This document shows, one piece after another, positions 47,019-60,800 of a stretch of DNA of 64,000 bases (its first letter is position 1; every line of letters starts with the position of its first letter). The notes under the pieces are model-generated. The model had not been told where the DNA came from. It saw only the letters and a program-made list of their open reading frames with translations, and searched no databases. The stretch is from positions 117,788 to 181,787 of the forward strand of contig NW_005201791.1 of NCBI RefSeq assembly GCF_000372725.1, given 5' to 3'. Source of the DNA: Emiliania huxleyi CCMP1516. Taxonomy: Eukaryota. The translations under genes and the position numbers were made by a program.

Positions 47019-50000
47019 ATGCCGCCCGTAGCCCTGCGCGACTACCAGTCCGCAGCTGTGGAGGAAGCCGCCCAGCGGAACCTGCTCGTCGTCCTGCCGA
47101 CGAACGCTGGCAAGACGATCATCTCGGCCAAGGTGATTGAGAACGTCCTCTACGCCGAGAACGAGCGGGGCAGCGGCAAGAAGATTGTCTTCCTCGCGCC
47201 GGGGCGGGCGCTGGCCGTGCAGCAGGCGCGCGTGCTCGAGGAGCAGATCGGGCCGCTGCAGGAGGAGCCGACGAGCGTGGGCGGCGCTGCGTGGCGGCTC
47301 GGCCTGGTTGTCGGCATGGGTGGTCTCGGCCTGCGGGAGGCGGTCCGCTCGCGCCAGGCGCCAGCAACGCCGCCGCGGCGCGACGGGACCACCTCTCCGC
47401 GGCTTCATCTCGGCTGTGCCGCGGCTCTAGGCGCCTGCGACACGCTGCGGCGGTGTGAGGGAAGCAGCACTCTGTTCACGGGTGAAGGCGACGCGCGACA
47501 GGTGCTTGTGATGACGCCGCAGCTCTTCGAGAAGGCGCTCATCCACGCGATGCTGCGGATGGAGGGCGTCGCCCTGCTGGCCACCTCCTGTCGCGCTGCT
47601 GTGAGTGTGAAACCGCCTTCACGGCTCGCGCTGTGAACAGGTCCTCGACGAGGCACACCACATGCGAGGGAACGACCGGTACGCCACCATCATGAAGTAC
47701 TTCTACCTGCCGTGCGGCGAGCGGCCTCGCGTCCTTGCCCTCACCGCCTCGCCGGTCGAGAAGGCGCGAGAGGACGAGCCGGACTGCCGATCAAATTAAC
47801 GACCCCTGAGTTCATGGAGTCCAGTCAACGAGTTAATTGCTCTGACGAGCCCAGTGTAACAAACTAGTCAACTACTGTGACGAGCCGAGTAGAGCACACC
47901 TTCCCTGCGACCACTTCTTTCGTCGGCGCAACAGGACGAGCCGACGCCGCGAGCGACGGACCATGAACAACAAACAACACAGCCCCGCACCCCACTCGCA
48001 GGCGCACATGGTCGAGCCGGACGCTGCCACGTTCCGTACAGAGCTCGCGGAGCTAGAGGGGCGACTCGACTGCGCGGCGTGGTCACGGAGAGTTCCACCC
48101 ACGGTCGCCCCCCCACGCGCTGCCGCGGCGACTCACGAGCAGTTCGCTACGCACACACACTCTTGCCAGCTAGGTCGTCCCGCACGCGCTGCCGCAGCTG
48201 CTGCCCTTCGGCCGCGCTGCAGCGCCGAGCGAGCTGGTCGACGGCGTGAGGCGGGTGCTGGTGTGTGAAAGTAGAGATGGGGCGGGAGGCACGCACGCGC
48301 AGCACACACACTCAGGGGCGAGGGACGGCAGCACAACTCCACTCCGCGGGGCCAGCACGCGCGCGTGGCAAGCCGGCCGGCTGGCACCGACACCCTCCCG
48401 GACCTCCCCATATCTCCCCATATCTCCCCATATCTCCCCATATCACCACGCCGCGGGGCCAGCACGCACGCACGCCCCAAGCTCCTTGGTCGAGCCTTCG
48501 CCAGTTCTCCCACTCAGTGGCGTCACTCAGTGGCGTGCGGCTTGGGCCAACCGAAGGTCGCTCTCCGACCTCGCTCGCCGAGCCTTCAACCCGGCGCAAG
48601 ACGGCCGGAAGAACGCGACCGACACCCCGCCCGGATTTGCAAGCAGGCGCGGGTATGGGACGACGGCACGACGGCGGAGGCGGAGGAAGACATGGCGCCG
48701 CGCCGCAGGGATCGCCGCTCCGTGGAGGTGCGGGACGGCGCGTCTTCACACCAGACGCTGGCTGTGTGCAGGGGCTGCGCGGCGAGGGGGTCACAGGGGC
48801 TGCGCGGGTCACGCCGCAGACGGAGGCGGCGGCGCTGCGGTCTCTTTGCCGTCTCTTTAGGGTGCTCGCCACGGGCTGATCTGCCTTCTAGGCCGCGCTC
48901 GAGGGGAAGGAGGTGGAGGCGCTGCGGGCCGCGTGGGGGCAGTGCGTGGACAAGATCGACTCTATCTGTGGCGGGGGAGAGCTGGGAGGATGGGCGCCCT
49001 AGAAGCGGAGTACGCGCTCTTGTACCAGCGCTCGAGAGGACACGGACTCCGCGGCATCCGTTCGTATTCAACTGTATTCACTGTCCTCTTCTCCGTTGTA
49101 TTCACGCGGTGCTCTGAGGACGCTGCACAAGACCGTCTCCCCGCCCTGAGGTTGGCGTACACTCCGCGTAGGATGGGCGTACTACCACGCCGCGCAGATG
49201 CTCGTGCGAGACTTGGGCAAAGGGACGCGCGCGCTGTCGCCGTGCGAGGAGGGCTGGCCTAGAAGCAGGATGAGGGGGGGTCTCTGTGGAGTCCAGCCGG
49301 CACTCTTGCAGAGGGCACGTGCTCCGCTGCCTCCCGCTCACTCCCCTGGTGTTCGTACTCTCCAGTGGCCGCGTTGTACTCTTCGAGACCTCGAGACCTC
49401 GAGAGAGAGAGAGAGAGAGGCGGCCGCACGCCTCCCCGACCAAAGTCGAGAGTTGACTGTCATCTTTGGCGGGCGACCTGTATTCGTAGCCCCTCGTACT
49501 CACGCGGTGCTCTGAAGCCGCTGCACAGCGCCAGAGTCGATCCGCGTCGGTTGTGGTGTTGACGTGTATCACAGTCCGGCGGGTGTATTCACACGAAGTG
49601 TATTCACACGAAGTGTATTCACACCGCAGGAGAGGGACGAGGCGTGGCCCGCCCGACGCGCAGCCGTCGGCGGCTCCATGGCGCACGCCGAACTCCTGTC
49701 CAAGTGGCGGCGGGAGCTAAAGGAGCGGCTGTCGCGGCTGCGCTGCCCGCCACCGACTGAGCCGGCGAGCGCCTCGCCAAAGCTGCTGGCGCTGGTGCAG
49801 CACTTGCGCGAGACGCGGCCCGCAAAGTGCATCGTCTTCATCACGCGCCGCGCCGCCTGCCGGCTGCTCCACGGATTCCTGTGCGTGGGCCGTCGAAGCT
49901 GAACACGGACTCTTGTATTCCAACTAGCGCTCGAGAGGACACGCATTCCGCTGTACTCGGCCGTACTCGGCTGTGTTCATATCCCTCGTACTCAATCAGT

Positions 50001-53000
50001 GCTCTGAAGACTCTCCACACCGTATTCCCGCCCCGAGGTTGGCGTACTCCGCGCGTAGGAGCGCGGCGCTCGACGTGGGCTGCTGGGAGGTGTGCTGGGC
50101 GTGCCGCGAGGGCCCCGTCGCGATCTCGCGGGGGCGAGGGTCGGAGGGGTATTCGGAGAGGCAGTTTGACGCCGCGCTCGACGCGTTCCGTGGCGAGGCG
50201 GGGCCGGGGCGTCACAAGGCGCTTGTTATAGATAGGTAGAGGGCTCTCGTCTGCACGCATCCCCTCACGGCTAATGACTGCTCCTCCGTAGTCACTCACT
50301 ACGTCAGCACGCCTGCCCTCGGCTAAATGACTGTTCCTCCGTAGTCACTCACCAAATGATGACGACACACCACTATTGCTGACGACACAGCTCGTCTCCA
50401 CCTCACCTCATGTCCTCCTCGTTGATCGTCGCTCACCATATCGCTGCGGCACGAGGTGCTCGTGTGCACGTCTGTGCTCGAGGAGGGGATCGATGTGCCC
50501 TCGTGCGACGCTGTGATCGATTTCGACGGCGCGAGATCCAGCCGAGATCCAGCCGAGATCCAGCCGAGATCCAGCCGAGATCCAGCCGAGATCCAGCCGA
50601 GATCCAGCCGAGATCCAGCCGAGATCCAGCCGAGATCCAGCCGAGACATAGCGTTATCGGTGCGACCACTTGGGGGCGACACCTGTCCAAGAAGGGACGC
50701 CCACGACACGTCCAAGACACGTCCAGGCGCGACCACCTCGCAGCGGCGCCAGCAGCGGATGGGCCGTGCGCGCGCGCAGAACGCGCGGTTCGTCGAGATG
50801 ATCGACTGCAGCGACGAGGGGGAGAGGGCCAAGGCGGAGGCGCGGATCGCGCGCTTGCAGGGGTGGCAGGAGCTCACCGTCAAGGAGCTCGGCGGGGGCG
50901 CGCGGCGGCTTCCCCCGGCGCCGCAGAGTGCGGAGGCCGCCGCTTCGGAGCTGATGAAGAGGGCCATTTGCGCAACCGCGCCCGACGGCCGGCCTTGCGG
51001 TGTGCTGCCGATGGCGAGGAGCAGGGAGCTGCTCGCCGACGTGTACTGCGACTCGCGCTTGGTCCTCGAGGGCGGCGACCCCTAGAAGCGGAAGATGGAC
51101 TCGACTTGTATTCCAACTGGCGCTCGAGAGGGGCATGTAGACTCTACTTGGCTGGTATTCCGCTGTATCCATTGTACTGTATCTGTACCCGCTCGTGCTC
51201 ACGCGGTGCTCGTGACTAGTCCGCAATGCCGTGTTCCCGCCCTGAGAATGGTGGTGGATTCGTCATGTAGGCGGCGACCCCGAGGTCGAGCTCGATTTCA
51301 CCGCCGACGGCAGCCACTTCACCGCTAAGGAGGGCGGGCAGTTCCTCGTTCTGCCGCGGGACGGGACCGGCCCCTTCCGCTGCCAGCTGACTCTGCCGGG
51401 TGTGCTGCTCTGCCGCCCGCCGGGCGAAGGGAGGCTGCCGAAAACGCTTGATTGGACGGACGAGTTCGCCACCAAGGGGGGTGCCAAGGAGCGCGCGGCG
51501 ATGGAGGGCGTCAGGTACTTGCTCAAGATTGGCGTGCTGGACGCGCATTTCGAGATCGTCGGCCGAGCCGCAGCCCTCAGCCAGCTGAGGGAGAGGGCGA
51601 GCGGGCGGCAAGGCAGCACGCGGGCAAACCGGCGCCAGCTGGCCAGTTCGTAGTCGATCGCTATTGCATGACTATTTCCACTGATTTATAGGCGAACCGT
51701 CGCCAGCTCGCCAAGAAGGAGCCTGTCGTGCGCGACTTGCCGGCCTGCTTGTTGCGCCAGGAGCCGGCGGACGCGGAGGCGGAGGGGGAGGCGGAGCGGG
51801 AGGGGCTTTCGGCGGCTCCGTTGGGCGGTGGCGGCGATGGGACGCTGCAGGTCTGGTCACACCCGCTGTTCCTCGACACCGAGCCGACAGGCCTCGCGCT
51901 ACTGCTGCCCGGACCTGTGCCCGAGGCGGCGCGTTCCTTCGCCGTCGGGGCTCAAGGACAGCGCGTCGCGTGCCGGCTGGGCGGACCGCACGCGATGCGT
52001 CTCACGCGTGGCGCGCTTGCGGACGTGGCGCATTGGCTCGTCGGATCGCTTGAGCTTATCCAGGGGGGCTGCGCCGGCGAGCCGTTGCACGCGTCGATCG
52101 GTGCGATGCAGCAGTTGCTGGCTTGGGATCACGTTTCGGGTTCCTTCCGGCCCGACCCACGGCGCATTCTCGACGGCCGGGAGGGGCAACTGCCTGAGCT
52201 GCGCGGTTTCAAGTTCACCAACCGTTGGGTCAAGGATCCTTCCAGCGAGCCGGCTGTATTTGCCGCTCTGGTCCAGGAGATGCTCCTGTTCTACAAGGCG
52301 CCTCTGCCCGTCGTCGTCACTCTCGACCTCGACCAGACTCTGTGGTTTGGTGAGTGCGCCGAGTGGCCGCCGGGCACGTACGAGTCGGGTTCGGCCGCGA
52401 CGGGCGCCTTCCCTCTCCGAATGGTCTCGACGGAGAAGGACGAGACGGGGCGCTACCCTCACCTCGAGCTGCATCGCGACGTGCCTCTGATCTTTGGTGC
52501 GCTGCGCCTTCTCCGCGCCTCTGGCGCCGTCCGCATCGCCATCGCGTCCGCCTCGCCAGCGCGCGGGAGCGCCTTGGCGCTGTTGGAGAAGTTCGGTTTG
52601 ATCGACGGCGAGATGTGGTTGGAGATCGGCGACGGTGACGGCGGCGACGGCAGTGGCGGAGCGACAGCCGAGCCGACGGCACACGGCAAGGTCGGGCATC
52701 TGAGGCGACTGGCGAAGCGGATGGGTGTGCCCGAGGAGGAGGTCCGGGAGCGTTTCGTGCTCTTTGACGACTCCGAGCGGAACGTCGACTCGGTGCGCGA
52801 GGAGGAGCCGGACGGCCTCCACTGCAACGCGCTCGTCCTCGACCCCGCGACGGGGCTGACGGCGGAGGCGGTGGCGCGCGGCCTAGAGCACCATTGCAAA
52901 GAGCTGCAGCGCGAGCGGGAAGACGGCTTCGACGGCAGGCTCACCGAGGCGGAGCGACTAGCGCCCGACCGCGAGCAGCAGCGGAAAATGCGGCAGGACC

Positions 53001-56000
53001 GCCTCGGCAGGAGGGGCGAGAGGCAGGCCGAGGTGGATGGGGGCCGCGCTTCCGACAAGCTGCGCGCCTTGCGCGTGGACCCTGGCTGGTGGGTTGCGGC
53101 GCCGCTCGACGGCGAGGAGGTCAACTGGCGGCTGGTCGAGCTGGCGACCCGCCTATTCAAAACGTGCGAGTGGCCCGGCTGCGGCTCGGACCATCCTCTC
53201 GCTCCGGCCGACGACGACGAGGATGCGGAGTGGGCGTACTGCGCTCTGGCAACTTACGATGCGGAGACGCGCGTGCACTACCAGGTCCTCTCCGAGGTCT
53301 CCTTTTGCCCAGCCGACGGCACGGTGCAAGGCACCGTCCGCACGCGCCAGGCCAAGGTGGCCGAGTCGCCAGCACCCCAGTTCTTAGCGTCCACATTGTG
53401 CATCTACGGGCCCACAGCGCATGCGTTCGTCTCGCTCGGTAGCTTGGCGTCCGTTATGCGTGCCGCTTCTTGAGGACTCGCGCGCGGTACTTACCTCTAG
53501 GTTGCCGAGTCGTCGCGCCGCGCCAACCGCTACGTGTCTCGCGACGGCACCTACGCGACGCGGGAGAGCGGCAGCTAGTGGTCCATGCTTTGTGGTGAAG
53601 GGTTGGGCTACTGCTTCTCAGGCACCTACGCGACGCGGGAGACGGCGAGGGCGACAGGATTCGCGCCCGCCAATGTGCGGCTCCTCCCGCTCCTCTCCTC
53701 GCACCACCGGCCCCTCCGCCTGCTGAAGCGGCTCGTCCACCGCCTTGAGCACCTCGCCCTTGTCGCCGAGCTCGACGGTCTCCGCAGCCTCCCCGCCGCC
53801 GGCCTCGCCGCCGGCCACGGCGAGCCGACACCTCTCTCGTTGCCCGCACGCTGTGGGCGGCGTCTCTTCACACCTCCTGCTGTGAACAGGCCCCTCAGCA
53901 ACGCGCACCTACCCTGCAAGCTGTGGGCAGAGCGCCTTCACGCGCGCACCTGTGAGCAGGCGGCGTCGCCTTCGGCATGCTCGCGGCGGCGCTCACCTCG
54001 CCCGCCGCCAACGCCGAGGCCGCCCTCGCACCAGGGCTTGCCGCTGCTGCTGCCGCTGACGCCGCCGCTGCCGCGCCCGCACCCGGCCGCATGCTGCTCG
54101 ATGCGCGCGGCTGCTGCGACTACGAGGTGGCCGAGTGGGTCGGCGACGCGGTGCTCCGTTTCCTCTCCGTGGCGCACGTGCTGTTTGAGGAGCCGACGGC
54201 GCGCGACACACGCAGCTCCCGCCCGCCGCCCTGTGAACGGCGTCTCTTCACACCTCCGGCCGTGGGCAGGCGCGCGACAAGCAGCTCTCCCTCGCGGCGG
54301 AGCAGATCCTGAGGAACCAGTCGCTGTACGAGAGGGCAAAGGAGAGCCGGCCGAGAGCACTCGCTGCTGTGTGCGTGGGGATGGCCCGCCCTCAGCGAAC
54401 GGCACCACCGGACAGGAGATCCGCCTTCCCGAGCTCGCGCTGTGCCGGCCCTTCGAGGTCTCCGCGACGCTGCCCGAGATGCGCAAGGCAGCGTGCTCGC
54501 TCAAGGACCAGGCCAGCCTCACTGGTCAGTGGGCTCCTCAACTACGAAATGTGGCAACATTCATCCACAATCATGCAACATTGACCTCCATGCCTTGGAG
54601 ATTGTCCGGGGCCCTGAGGCCCAGACAGACAGACAGACTGGGGCCCAGACACACAGACAGCCTGATCAGCCGATGAACTCGTCCGTTCGTTGACTGGTGC
54701 TCGCTCAGGCCAACCTCGTCGAGTCGCTGCTCGGTGGGCTCGCCGAGACGGCGCGGCAGCAGGCGCTGAAGGACGGGCAGGCCGACCCTCTCCGCCGCGC
54801 CCTCGAGGCGGCCTCGCGCCTCTTCAGGGCGGCCGTAGTTCAGTGCGCAGCGAATGAGTGAGGGGCGTCCCTTCCGCAGGCGGCCTCGCACTTCTTCACG
54901 GCGGCGGTGCTGCCGCCGCGGCCGCCGGCTGCTCCTCCGCCTCCTCCGTGGGCGGAGCAGCTGCGGAGGCCCGGCGAGAGGAGGACGCCTCAATGCATTC
55001 ACCAGCCACTCACCTGATGAGTTCATCAATGCCGCGGCCAGGCTCAACGAGAAGATGCCGCCGCCGCAAAGGAGGGGGCGCCAGCCGCCGCCGGACAAGC
55101 AGCTGCAGCAGCAGCTTCAGGAGCAGGCGGCGGCGCTAGTATTGCAATAGTAGCATAGTAAGCGCCTCTTCACGAGGAGCGATTTCATGCCGATAGCCAG
55201 GCTACTAGGCGGGATGAAGCGATGGGCCCAAGGGACTTGCGTGCTGCCCCCCCCCCCCCCCCCCACAAACAAACACGCACACACACACACACACACCGCT
55301 CACCCACGCGCACCGGGCCTTGCACCTTTCATGCCGCGGGGCTCTTGTCTTTTGTACGTGGAGTCGCGACCCTTGCCCCACCACCTTGTGTGTGTGTGGA
55401 GAGAGAGTCACCTTACCTTCCCTTCGAGTGGGGCTATAGGCGGCGGCGCTGTGCTGTGGCCTGGGAAGCGAGCTCGACCTCCACACGGCGTGCCCGGCCC
55501 TGCTGCTCGAAGCCTGCCGCTGGAACGAGCGCGACACCTTCCAGCGACTCGAGTTCGAGGGCGACGCCTTCCTCCAGGAGATCGCCCGAGCTCGCCCGAG
55601 ATCGCCCGAGATCGCCCGAGATCCCCCGAGATTGGCCGAGCTCGCCCGAGGCGCCCCCACCGCGCGCGTCTCTTCACACCCCTTGCTGTGAACAGGCGGC
55701 GGTCTCGCTCGAGCTGGTGGCGCGGTACGAGGGCGACGAGGGCGAGCCGTGCGCGTGAACGGCGCCTCTTCACAGCCTTGAGGGGTGAACAGGTACCCCG
55801 AGTGCGACGAGGGCGAGCTGACCCACCTCCGCTCCTGCCTGGTCAAGAACCTGCACCTCTCCCGCCTGCTGACCCGCCGGTTCGGCGCCGCGCTGGCGCG
55901 CGAGTTTGTGCGCGACGCAAGCGAGGCGCACCGGAGGGCCATCGAGAGCTTCGTCGCCGGCGTGGACACGACCAGCGGCCTGTCCATGCTGGAGGCGCCC

Positions 56001-57524
56001 TTGCTCACGCCTCGGGGGCCAACGGCGAGAGTGCGGCGCCTCTTCACGGCGCCAGCTGTGAACAGGTGCTCACGCTCACGCGGGAGGCCGCCGCCGCAGA
56101 CGCAGCGCCGCCGCCGGCGAGCGCGCCGCGCCACGACAGGAGGGGGCACGACTACCGCAAGCCGCTTGGCGACCAGTACGAGGCGATTGTGGGCTTGGTT
56201 CTGACCGCGCTGCATGGCGACGTCGACCGGACGTGGGCCGTTTTCCGGAGAGACTTCTTCCCGCCCGAGGCGGAGGCGGCGGAGGCGGCCGACGCGGCGG
56301 AGGCGAGAGCGGAGGTGCGGCGGGAGGTGAGGCGGCAGCAGCAGCAGCAGAGGGAGCAAGCCGCAAAGGCAGAGGTGTGCCTGCAGCGGCTTGCCGTCCT
56401 CGCCGCGGCGCCTGCCCCGGCGACGGAAGTGGCAGCGGCGCCGGCAGCGAGGACGGCTGCAGCTTCTGCCGATGCTGACGGCGACGGGTCAGCTGCGGCT
56501 GCGGCCGCCACGCCAGCGGCCGCCACGCCAGCCGCCACGCCAGCCGCCACGCCAGCCACGGTGTTTACCACGCGGTCTGCTGACGAGGAGGCCAGCGAGG
56601 TGTCTTGCATGGAGGCCGAGGCAGCAGCGGCGCCGCAGCAGCGGGCGGCGCACGGCGGCAAGAGGCCGCTGGAGGGGGAGGCGCACGGCGGCAAGAGGCC
56701 GCTGGAGGGGGAGGCGCACGGCGGCAAGAGGCCGCTGGAGGGGGAGGCGCACGGCGGCAAGAGGCCGCTGGAGGGGGAGGCGCACGGCGGCAAGAGGCCG
56801 CTGGAGGGGGAGGCGCACGGCGGCAAGAGGCCGCTGGAGGCGGAGGCGGAGCAGCCGCGGCTCTGCAAGCGGTGCAAGCGCGACGTGGCCGCCTGCACCT
56901 GCCCCACGCAGACGCAGGTTGCACCGCTGCCGGCACCGCCACCTTGGCCGCTACTTCCGTCGGCGCCGTCGTCGTCGGCGTCCGCCTCCGCGGCGGACCC
57001 ACAGGCGACCTCGGCGCTGGCGCTGTCGGCTCTGGCGCCTGCGAGCCGCGGCGGCGGCCAGCTAGACGCCCTCGCGCAGATGTTCCCTCAGTGCGACCGT
57101 GACGTCCTCGCCTCGCTGCTCGCCACCTGCGGCGGGGGGGTCGACAAGGCACGCTCCCCGGATCGCCATCCCTCTCCCCCTACCCTGGATGCGGACCCAG
57201 ATTCTCCCCATCTCTCCCCATCTCTCACCATCTCTCCGCATCTCTCCCCATCTCTCCCCACCTCTCCCCATCCATCTCCCCACATCTCCCCACATCTCCC
57301 CATCTCTCCCCACATCTCCCCACATCTCCCCACGTCTCCCCACGTGAGACGTCTCCCCGCGCGACCCAAAAGCTGCTCTCGAGGCTCTCGAGGTGTGCGG
57401 GGAGAGCTCGCACCGGAACGTTGAAGAAGCGCGTGTAGGCGGCCCAGCAGCTTCTCGAGATGTCGGCCCATGTCTCCTCAGCGCTGCCGCCCAAGGCTTC
57501 CCCGGCGCCGTCGCCGGCACCGGA

Positions 57525-57571
<47 letters not shown>

Positions 57572-57870
57572 TGGCGCTGGCGCACGGGGCGGCCTCGAAC
57601 CCGGTCGGCGCGTTGGAGAGTCTGCTCCGGCAGGATGGCCTAGTACCATACCTCTCGAGTCTCAAACCCAGTGTGGGTTCAGCGCCGTGGGTGGTGCGGT
57701 AGGGGGGCATCGAGCCGTCGCGGTTCTTGCGCGCCGAGGAGTCGCTCGCGTCTCCCTTCTGGTGCGTGGTGCGCGTGGACGGCACGGGCGAGGCGTTGGG
57801 GCGGAGCGGCGGCCATAGCAAGAAGAAGGAGGCGAAGAAGGCGGCGTACCACGACGCGCTCTCGAGCACG
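47019..57870 (+). CDS. DCL: Dicer-like protein: DExH helicase, dimerisation (DUF283-like) domain, HAD phosphatase insert, two RNase III domains, CUE and dsRBD; many introns
   Basis: Helicase: LRDYQ, LPTNAGKT, VMTPQ, VLDEAHH, LALTASP, CIVFITRR, CTSVLEEGIDVPSCD, QRMGRARA. Dimerisation-like: AKERAAMEGVRYLLKIGVLDAHF. RIIIa: YEVAEWVGDAVL (54121) and KDQANLVES. RIIIb: FQRLEFEGDAFL (55539), DEGELTHLRS, KPLGDQYEAIVG. Confidence 0.9.
56648..56838 (+). repeat. In-frame 33-bp tandem repeat, 6 copies, encoding AHGGKRPLEGE
   Basis: Directly visible in the Dicer C-terminal exon. Confidence 0.9.
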
Positions 57871-60800
57871 CGGCTGCGCGAGCTGCTGCAGGAGCGACGC
57901 GCCGCGGTGCAGACCTCCCTCTCCACCGCAGGAGCGGCGGGCGGCGCAGTCGAGCATCGACATCCCGCCGACTCTTTCGCCGGTGGCGCCGCCGGCGGCA
58001 CCACCGCGCTCGCCGCCGCCGGCACCACCGCGCTCGCCGCCGAGGTCCGCAGGGCGGCTCTGCTTGCGGACGTGGAGGGGCTGCGCCAGTTTGCGCTGCG
58101 GCTGCCCGTGTGCGACGGCGGGCGGGCGCTTGGCGTGGAGCTGGGGCAGGGGGGGGTGGAGGCTGCGCTGCGCGGCGAGGGGATCTTCGAGGAGCTCGGC
58201 GAGGGGGAGGGCGGCATGCAGCGCAAGGTGGCCGCCGTCGCAGGCACGGCTCGGCTCGGCCTCCGCTCCCTCTCCCTCCTCGCGCGCAAGGCGGCGGAGC
58301 TCTCGCGCCGCGTACGCCCCTTCCCCCCGCGCCACTCTGCGGGCCGGCTCTTCCTCGGCGCGCTCGAGGCGCTCGCCGACGCGTCGCGCCCGCCGCCGCC
58401 CGCGCCAGCGCTGTGTGTTGGCGACTGCGTGCGGCTCGTCTGCCTGACGAGCGCGCACGGGGCCCCTCTCAACGGCAGCGTCGGAGAGGCGGTCGTGATC
58501 GCGCGAGATTGCCCGAGATCAGCCGAGAGGGCCCCGAGGGTGTAGGCAGAGTCGGGGAGGTGGTCGAGGCGGCTCGAGACCCCGCCTCGCTGCGAGCGGG
58601 GCTGCGCAAGCTCAACTGGGGTGCGCTCAAGGCGGAGGCGGAGGCGGACGGGCTGGCCGAAGCGTCGGTGGACGACGCCGGCAACTCTAGAAGCGGAAGA
58701 CGGACTCTTGTATTCCACCCAGCGCTCGAGAGGACACGCACTCCGCTGTACTCGGCCGCATTCAACTGTATTCGCGCTCTTCGCATCCCTCGTGTTCACG
58801 CGGTGCTCTTCCCCCCCCCGCCGCTCCCCACCACTCCCCTCCCCCTCCTCGCCCACGCCCCTCCTCTCACCGCCGAGTACACTGCATGGTCCTCCCGCCC
58901 CGAGGCTGGTCTGTTCAGGTAAACGCACAACCCCGGGCCCCGAAATCGCACAGTGATGACAGTGACATGCAACACGGGGTCCCAGGGAAGGCGAGCAAAA
59001 ACCTTATCGCGCGCTGTTCAGCACGCAGGCCGCCGACCCAAAGGACGAGCTGATTCGCTTGCTTGTGGCGAGGCGGTCGAGGGTGGGCGTGCGGCTGGCG
59101 ACGGGGGCGCGCAAGGCCGTCCCGCGCTGCAACCTGCAGCTGCTCTGCCTCGGGCACTGCCACCTGGGAGGCATGAGCGAGCCCGCGAGGCTGCTCGCCG
59201 TCTGGCTGCAGATGGCCGGCGGCGACCCGTGCGCGCTGACGCGCTGGCAGTCCAACGGCGTGTTCGACCCGGCGCTGTTTCGGCGCGAGCGCGCGGCGGG
59301 CGAGGGAGGGGAGGGAGAAGGGGCGCCGCCGCCCTCCCTGTCGTCGGTGCACGCTGCTGATGCCGCCGGTGCTAGCTTTGGCTCCCACGTCTGGCTGTGA
59401 ACGGCGTCTCTTCACACCTCTAGCCGTGAACAGGTGGGTGGTGCCGGTGGCGACCGGCAGCTGTGAACAGCGTCTCTTCACACCTCTAGCCGTGAACAGG
59501 TGCGGGCTGGTTCACGCTGTGCATGCTCGAGGCGCACGGCTACGTAGCTCAAGACTTGGTCGCGGCTACGCGCCTCCCCGCGTAGCGGTTCAAGACTTGG
59601 ACCGCTACGCGCCTCCCCGCGTAGCGGTTCAAGACTTGACACGGCCACTGCTGCCCCTCTGACGATTGCACACTTGTCTGTGAGGCCTTTCCCGGAGAAC
59701 GCTCCCACCACCGCCTCGTGTGCAATGCCCCGTGTGTGTGCTCCGCGAGTGCGTGTGCCCCGTCGTCCGTGCTAGGGACGTGTGTGTACCGCTGACTGAC
59801 TGGCAGGTCACGGCCACGCATGTGCGCCCAATCAGGCGCACGGCTACGAGCTCCCCCTCGGCCTGCTCGCCACATACGCCAGGCTGCGCAGGGAGGTCGG
59901 GCCGGAGGGGCGCGGGCTCGACAGCTACGCGGAGCGGCTCGATCTGCTGCGGTCCGCGAGATTGCCCGAGATTGCCCGAGATTGCCCGAGATTGCCCGAG
60001 ATGGCCCGAGATGGCCCGAGATTGCCCGAGGTTGCCCGAGATGGCCCGAGATTGCCCGAGATTGCCCGAGATGGCCCGAGATTGCCCGAGGTTGCCCGAG
60101 ATTGCCCGAGATTGCCCGAGATTGCCCGAGGTCTGCCGCGGCCCACGGGTGCGCCAGGCAGGTGCTGCCTCGACACGCTCCACCATGCATCCACAGCCGC
60201 CGTTGAGAATCGTCTAGGTCCGCCGTGCGCGGAGGTGCCCGCCCTCGAGCTGTGAACAGCGTCTCTTCACGCCTCTAGCCGTGAACAGGTCCGCCGTGCG
60301 CGAGGTGCCCGCCCTCGAGCTGTGAACAGCGTCTCTTCACGCCTCTAGCCGTGAACAGGTCCGCCGTGCGCGAGGTGCCCGCCCTCGAGCTGTGAACAGC
60401 GTCTCTTCACGCCTCTAGCCGTGAACAGGTCCGCCGTGCGCGAGGTGCCCGCCCTCGAGCTGTGAACAGCGTCTCTTCACGCCTCTAGCCGTGAACAGGT
60501 CCGCCGTGCGCGAGGTGCCCGCCCTCGAGCTGTGAACAGCGTCTCTTCACGCCTCTAGCCGTGAACAGGTCCGCCGTGCGCGAGGTGCCCGCCCTCGAGC
60601 TGTGAACAGCGTCTCTTCACGCCTCTAGCCGTGAACAGGTCCGCCGTGCGCGAGGTGCCCGCCCTCGAGCTGTGAACAGCGTCTCTTCACGCCTCTAGCC
60701 GTGAACAGGTCCGCCGTGCGCGAGGTGCCCGCCCTCGAGCTGTGCGGCGCGCACGACGACCGCGTGCGGCGGCGTGTCGACCTGCACGACTCGCCCCCGC

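Noticed and set aside
60219..60744. Regular repeat array resembling CRISPR
   Set aside because: Units are identical head-to-tail with no unique spacers, there are no cas genes, and the context is a eukaryotic intron.
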